Positions 43,218-47,070 of a stretch of 47,070 bases of DNA are shown here, piece after piece. The notes under the pieces were generated by a model, which ran no database searches, had not been told where the DNA came from, and saw only the letters and a list, made by a program, of their open reading frames with translations. The DNA is from a virus, in the IMG/VR virus record IMGVR_UViG_3300027909_000011, positions 1-47,070 of that record. One strand, given 5' to 3'. The stretch's first letter is position 1; every line of letters starts with the position of its first letter. The position numbers and the translations under genes are program-made.

Positions 43218-44924
43218 ATGGCACGCTTACCCCAAGTTAAGCGGCTACACGTTGACACGGAGTCCAACGGGCAGAGCCTCAAGGATGGGCGTGGATATAC
43301 AATCGGTACCTCTATTGACTTTGCTGTTGATGAATCCGTTGCGTACTCGTACTATTTTCCATTCCGGCATAAAATCAACAATATATCTCTATCGTACAGG
43401 GATGAACTAAAAGAACTAATTGAGAAAGGGGGCAAGAAGATTGTTTGTCATCATACTCGTCATGATATGTTGGCTTTGCGTTCTCTTGGTATTACTTGCC
43501 CTTTGGACTTTGATGATACTATGCTTCTCGCGCACTCAGTCGATGAGAACAAACTCTCCTATAGACTCGATTACGTCGCCAAAGAACTCGGATTACCAGG
43601 TAAAGCCAGAGACAAGCATTTTGACCAAGCCATTAAACTCCTTGGTTGGGACGGAATGCCACCTAGTAGCATGGGCGAATATGCGGCCACCGACGCCACC
43701 CTTCTCCGACCTATATACGACCACTATAAACCCATCTATGACAGTGAGGATCAAACCAACGGAGAACTTTGGGAATACGATAAACGCTTTATGCTATTAC
43801 TCAACAACATTGAATTAACAGGAGCCAAGGTTGATTTAGAGTTAGCCGCTAGGGAACTCGAACGTGGGGAATCCAGAATGAAGGAAATCTCCAAAGAACT
43901 CGGACTCAACCCTGGCTCTAGGAATGACCTTGAAGAACTACTAATTACCAAACTGGATTTACCCATTGTCAAGAAATCGAAAAAGACGGATAATCCATCC
44001 TTCGATAAGAAGGCTATGGAAGTTTATGAAGGTTATCTTGAGAAACTCAACTCTCCTGTAGCACAGCTAGTTTTGGAGTATCGTGGCTACCAAAAAGCGA
44101 CATCTTCGTATTGGAAGGCGTATCTCAATCATGTCTCACCGGATGGCAGGATTAGACCAAATTTCAATTTACATCGTACGGTCACCCACCGTTTATCGTG
44201 TGATACACCTAACACACAGCAAATCCCCCGAATCTCGACTAAGCCCTGGCATGGTAGCGTCAAGCAAGGCTTTATTGCGGAGGATGGGTACGTCCTTATC
44301 GAAGCGGATTACTCGCAACTAGAATTTCGCTTAGGGGCAGCATATGCGCAACAAACGGATCTTATCGAGATATTCAACGATCCCGACCGCGACATTTTTA
44401 CTGAAATGTCGATCGACCTGGGAATGCTTAGACACGATACAAAAACTCTCAACTATACCATTCAGTTTGGTGGGGGAGTCACGCGGATCAGTGAAGCGTT
44501 TAACATTCCAAAGGAGAACGCTAAGTTCATCAGGGACAATTACTTTAATACTTACACAGGATTCCGTAAGATTATCCAAATGGCGTCCCAGACATGTCAA
44601 GGTCAGGGATTTGTACGAACATGGACCGGCAGGCGACGCCACTTTGAAGATCCATACGGAGAAGCTCATAAAGCATTTAATGCTGTTATCCAAGGAGGCG
44701 CTGCTGATATAGTTAAACGACAAATGATTCGTCTTGCCGATGCGATTGGTTGGGATAATCCTGAGTGCAGGATGATTCTCCAAGTACATGACTCAATTGT
44801 TTTTGAGATTATCAAGGGCAAAGTTGAGTACTACAGCCGTATTATCAAGAAAGTCCTAGAAGACGTTGTCCCTGACTTTGGTGTTGCATTCAAAGTTGAT
44901 GTTCACGAATGGGGTAAGGAATAA
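43218..44924 (+). CDS. DNA polymerase, family A (Pol I-like) with a 3'-5' exonuclease domain
   Basis: Exonuclease motifs are HVDTES and YAATDA. Polymerase motifs are A LIEADYSQLEFRL, B RHDTKTLNYTIQFGGG and C ILQVHDSIVFE. The start is uncertain: ATG 43218, or in-frame ATG 43134 overlapping the primase gene. Confidence 0.85.
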   Translation: MARLPQVKRLHVDTESNGQSLKDGRGYTIGTSIDFAVDESVAYSYYFPFRHKINNISLSYRDELKELIEKGGKKIVCHHTRHDMLALRSLGITCPLDFDDTMLLAHSVDENKLSYRLDYVAKELGLPGKARDKHFDQAIKLLGWDGMPPSSMGEYAATDATLLRPIYDHYKPIYDSEDQTNGELWEYDKRFMLLLNNIELTGAKVDLELAARELERGESRMKEISKELGLNPGSRNDLEELLITKLDLPIVKKSKKTDNPSFDKKAMEVYEGYLEKLNSPVAQLVLEYRGYQKATSSYWKAYLNHVSPDGRIRPNFNLHRTVTHRLSCDTPNTQQIPRISTKPWHGSVKQGFIAEDGYVLIEADYSQLEFRLGAAYAQQTDLIEIFNDPDRDIFTEMSIDLGMLRHDTKTLNYTIQFGGGVTRISEAFNIPKENAKFIRDNYFNTYTGFRKIIQMASQTCQGQGFVRTWTGRRRHFEDPYGEAHKAFNAVIQGGAADIVKRQMIRLADAIGWDNPECRMILQVHDSIVFEIIKGKVEYYSRIIKKVLEDVVPDFGVAFKVDVHEWGKE

Positions 44925-45139
44925 TGGGATTTGGCACTCAGCAAGAGATTGAGCAAGAGTTTCTCACTAAGCCTTGGAAGTATATTCCAGATGATTTAGT
45001 CGGAGGCACATGTATTGTACTTGAAGAAGAAACTAAAACCCCAGCTACAGGAGCCTACATAGTTGTTAACTTTATCTACCCTGCGGTCGCCGCTCATGTA
45101 TGCACAATCCATAACGAAAGCCTAATCGATGTCCCGTAA
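44924..45139 (+). CDS. Hypothetical protein
   Basis: 71-aa ORF whose start forms a TAATG overlap with the polymerase stop. Confidence 0.5.
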   Translation: MGFGTQQEIEQEFLTKPWKYIPDDLVGGTCIVLEEETKTPATGAYIVVNFIYPAVAAHVCTIHNESLIDVP

Positions 45140-45290
45140 TGATGCACTATGTATTCATGATATCATCGCTGAATGGTGCTGGACATGCAAGCATGAGAAC
45201 CCTGATAGTATTCGTTCTATGAAGCGGGTTCTCATAGAGGAGAATAAGAAGATTTCGGAGAACATCCTCAAATGGCCAACAAAGAATTAG
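45129..45290 (+). CDS. Small Cys-containing protein (53 aa, not in the track)
   Basis: The product is MSRNDALCIHDIIAEWCWTCKHENPDSIRSMKRVLIEENKKISENILKWPTKN. It bridges an otherwise unannotated gap and overlaps both neighbours. Confidence 0.35.
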   Translation: MSRNDALCIHDIIAEWCWTCKHENPDSIRSMKRVLIEENKKISENILKWPTKN

Positions 45291-45712
45291 CGTATATCTC
45301 ATTCGATCCTGGCAAGGCTACAGGGTGGGCAAAATGGAATGAGGCCGGCGATTTCATTGACATGGGTACCGCCTGGGATCATGACCAACTTTGTGACTTG
45401 TTAGAAGACCTACTATTGAAACCTCATGGTTTTATTTATGAGAGTTTTACTCTCGATCCCGACACACCGCAGGGTGGCTCAGATATGCCAGCCTCGATAG
45501 CCATAGGCATTATCATGGCTCATGGCCATTTCAATCGATGTGAAATGATCAAACAACCATCCTCAATCAAGGAGACAGCAGAGAAGTGGGGTGTATCAAC
45601 TAAGGGAATGAGCCACGATAAAACTCACGTATTGGACGCCTACAATCACGGAATCTACTATTTCGTATCTCAGGGTATCAAGGAAATAGACCTTAGGGGT
45701 GTGAAACTGTGA
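45272..45712 (+). CDS. RuvC-like Holliday junction resolvase
   Basis: 146-aa ORF. It has YISFDPGKATGWAKW (first catalytic Asp), IYESF (Glu) and THVLDAYNHG (the C-terminal HxxDA). Confidence 0.65.
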   Translation: MANKELAYISFDPGKATGWAKWNEAGDFIDMGTAWDHDQLCDLLEDLLLKPHGFIYESFTLDPDTPQGGSDMPASIAIGIIMAHGHFNRCEMIKQPSSIKETAEKWGVSTKGMSHDKTHVLDAYNHGIYYFVSQGIKEIDLRGVKL

Positions 45713-46209
45713 GGGAAAGCACCAAAAACGCTCGACACGATGCCGCTATCGCCGAACTATTAGGCATCAGCGTAGAAGAAGTTCAATCTCAGAGAATTAA
45801 AGAAGAAAGGGATGCAAAAGCCCGGGAAGCCCAAGCCGTCTTACTTTTCCTTGAGCACCCGGACAAATTTATCAGCAAGTTTTGTGATAAGTGCCACCAA
45901 ATCTTTATGACATCTTATCAGTTTGTATCCGTATGTTCCTCTAAGTGCCGAATTGCTGCTCTGGCAGATGTTGGCATTGATTGGAACCCTATGAGGACAG
46001 CGGACGAAAGATGGAAGCGTGCACAGATTCCTGTTGATTACACGATTCCACCTGATGCTTTGGCGATTCTTATGCAATTAGCCCAAGATCAGACTCAGCG
46101 GCCTCCTTCCGAGAACGGTCAAGGTAATCAACAATTGAAAATCGACTCTCGTACAGACCTAGAGATTTGGCTTGACGAATTAGATCCGCTTGAAGTTGAG
46201 GAGAATTAG
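45709..46209 (+). CDS. Hypothetical protein with a Cys motif
   Basis: 166-aa ORF with a GTG start forming a GTGA overlap. It contains CDKCHQ...CSSKC. Its last 140 nt overlap the convergent whiB ORF. Confidence 0.5.
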   Translation: MRESTKNARHDAAIAELLGISVEEVQSQRIKEERDAKAREAQAVLLFLEHPDKFISKFCDKCHQIFMTSYQFVSVCSSKCRIAALADVGIDWNPMRTADERWKRAQIPVDYTIPPDALAILMQLAQDQTQRPPSENGQGNQQLKIDSRTDLEIWLDELDPLEVEEN

Positions 46210-46411
46210 ATATCATTGAATGACGCTCTTTGAATGTGGTTCCACCCCAGATACCCCATTCATCATAAATCAGAGCATACTGAAAGCACTCGCTCGCTAC
46301 AGGGCATGTATTACAGATACGCTTAGCACGTTTTGGGTTTGTCTTAAAGGGCTCAGAAAATTCAGGTTCACGACAAACTGCTTCTAACCGCCACTCCTGA
46401 ATGGCTCTCAT
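46070..46411 (-). CDS. whiB: WhiB-family Fe-S transcription factor
   Basis: Four Cys (C...CNTCPVASEC) followed by GIWGGTTFKER. Start moved to ATG 46411 (MRAIQEW...), because upstream codons are encoded by the 16-bp palindrome. There is a roughly 46-aa C-terminal extension. Confidence 0.8.
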   Translation of the reverse strand: MRAIQEWRLEAVCREPEFSEPFKTNPKRAKRICNTCPVASECFQYALIYDEWGIWGGTTFKERHSMISNSPQLQADLIRQAKSLGLYESRFSIVDYLDRSRKEAAESDLGLIA

Positions 46412-46420
46412 AAGACAAAG

Positions 46421-46457
46421 ATAACCCCTCTTGACACCACCTGTCAAGAGGGGTTAT
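46421..46457 (-). terminator. 16-bp perfect palindrome: terminator-like hairpin that also contains promoter-like boxes for whiB
   Basis: ATAACCCCTCTTGACA-ccacc-TGTCAAGAGGGGTTAT. On the minus strand it is followed by CTTTGTCTT. The same strand reads TTGACA-N18-TATCTT-N6-ATG(whiB). Confidence 0.5.
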
Positions 46458-46464
46458 TCATCTG

Positions 46465-46707
46465 TTATACAGTAGATTTAGTATTATACCCGGCTACAAA
46501 AGCAAGTCCAGTAGATACGATAAGGAATACCATTCCAACTACTGGATCAGGTACACTGTCTGTCTTCCAAAGATATTCGTCAAGGACCCATACTAAGAAA
46601 GTTGAGATAACTGTTCCTGTACCTGCACCTACGGTGGCGCCAACAACCTTACGTTCCACCTTCGGAGTGTTGGTGTTGATGTTGTCGGGGGGTAATGGTA
46701 GTGACAT
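46465..46707 (-). CDS. Two-TM membrane protein (holin-like)
   Basis: 80-aa ORF with hydrophobic segments GATVGAGTGTVISTFLVWVL and VVGMVFLIVSTGLAFVAGY. Its start overlaps the upstream gene by 59 nt, so the start is uncertain. Confidence 0.5.
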   Translation of the reverse strand: MSLPLPPDNINTNTPKVERKVVGATVGAGTGTVISTFLVWVLDEYLWKTDSVPDPVVGMVFLIVSTGLAFVAGYNTKSTV

Positions 46708-47056
46708 TTGCGATCATTCCGTCTCTAATGACATTAAGGGAAGCAAGCATTTCATGCATCAAGGAGTTCAATGCAGCAAGTTCTGTCTTGCCTGTAACTA
46801 ATCCCTCCAAATAATGGTTGCGGTCGCTAAGCATCTTAATGTCACTCTCTTGTGAGGCAGACTTTGCTTGTAGCATAGTATTCTCACTTGTGAGAGTATC
46901 CACTCGACCTGTTAAGGCTTCAATTAATTTGCCTTGTTGCTCAATCGTAGCATTCCCTACCTTACTTCGAAAGTAAGCATAGGCAAATAAAAGAGCAGAA
47001 AAGATGGAGAATGCGAACCCCGCCACGATCATGACGTCAAAGACATCAACCTTCAT
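46649..47056 (-). CDS. N-terminal TM anchor plus coiled-coil protein
   Basis: 135-aa ORF. It begins MKVDVFDVMIVAGFAFSIFSALLFAYAYF and continues with a heptad-like helical region. Its ATG overlaps the stop of the SLT gene across the circular junction. Confidence 0.55.
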   Translation of the reverse strand: MKVDVFDVMIVAGFAFSIFSALLFAYAYFRSKVGNATIEQQGKLIEALTGRVDTLTSENTMLQAKSASQESDIKMLSDRNHYLEGLVTGKTELAALNSLMHEMLASLNVIRDGMIANVTTITPRQHQHQHSEGGT

Positions 47057-47070
47057 AGACCCATCCGTTT
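46944..47070. repeat. Terminal overlap copy 2 (identical to 1..127)
   Basis: Base-for-base identity read directly from the sequence. Confidence 0.95.

Noticed and set aside
12958-44789. Long antisense or off-frame ORFs inside large genes. Examples are 12958..13350, 15102..15629, 17128..17499, 24776..25216, 30822..31265, 41625..42074, 43420..43818 and 44331..44789.
   Set aside because: They are shadow ORFs fully embedded in well-supported genes with recognisable motifs. They have low-complexity or biased composition and no start signals.
46412-46447. The first 12 codons of the track whiB ORF (MTGGVKRGYLCL).
   Set aside because: They are encoded by the arms of the 16-bp palindrome. WhiB homology begins after the internal Met at 46411.
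1-47070. Signs of CRISPR arrays, integrase/attP (temperate lifestyle), diversity-generating retroelements, or HIP1-like GCGATCGC enrichment.
   Set aside because: I saw no spacer-repeat array, no recombinase or reverse-transcriptase-like ORF, and only about two GCGATCGC sites. The only variable-looking repeat is the in-frame fibre repeat, which has no template repeat elsewhere.

Overview
The window is a complete dsDNA phage genome of about 46.9 kb. Bases 1-127 are identical to 46944-47070, so the contig closes into a 46943-bp circle.

Host: the genome carries a WhiB-family gene, a lipobox lipoprotein, TANNNT-type -10 boxes and a probable leaderless start. Together these point to an actinobacterial host.

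Layout: there are two transcription arms.
- Leftward arm (22003 down to 110, continuing across the junction to 47056..46070). It encodes an HTH regulator, a candidate small terminase, two fibre-like proteins, TerL, portal, scaffold and major capsid. It continues with a repeat-containing fibre, a T7-like adaptor/nozzle/internal-core series, M23 and SLT virion lysins, two membrane proteins and WhiB.
- Rightward arm (24744..46209). It encodes many small early ORFs, an SNF2 helicase, a metzincin lipoprotein, a DEDDh exonuclease, MazG, HNH and a Cas4/RecB-like nuclease. It also encodes a Sak4-like ATPase, a DUF669-like protein, two tRNAs (Leu-UAA, Gln-UUG), a secreted protein, an amidase endolysin, an AEP primase-helicase, a family A DNA polymerase and a RuvC-like resolvase.
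- I saw no phage RNA polymerase, integrase, CRISPR array or reverse transcriptase.

Most interesting signals:
1. A 9-13 nt motif, GGCTACAGG / CCCTGTAGCCGAG, occurs about 50 times more often than expected. It lies inside genes in several reading frames and between genes, where inverted pairs form hairpins at gene boundaries.
2. A roughly 900-bp non-coding divergence region holds same-orientation CTGTC and TTGAC arrays, an AT-rich tract and a 26-bp palindrome. It looks like a replication origin or an early control region.
3. A single flavoprotein (class B monooxygenase-like) gene is bracketed by 18-bp inverted repeats, and a hairpin sequesters its ribosome-binding site.
4. A roughly 400-bp hairpin-rich non-coding segment precedes a tRNA-flanked accessory island.
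5. A conserved TTGACA-N17-TGCTACACT promoter family is present.

All functional calls come from motifs read by eye and from gene order. No database search was possible.
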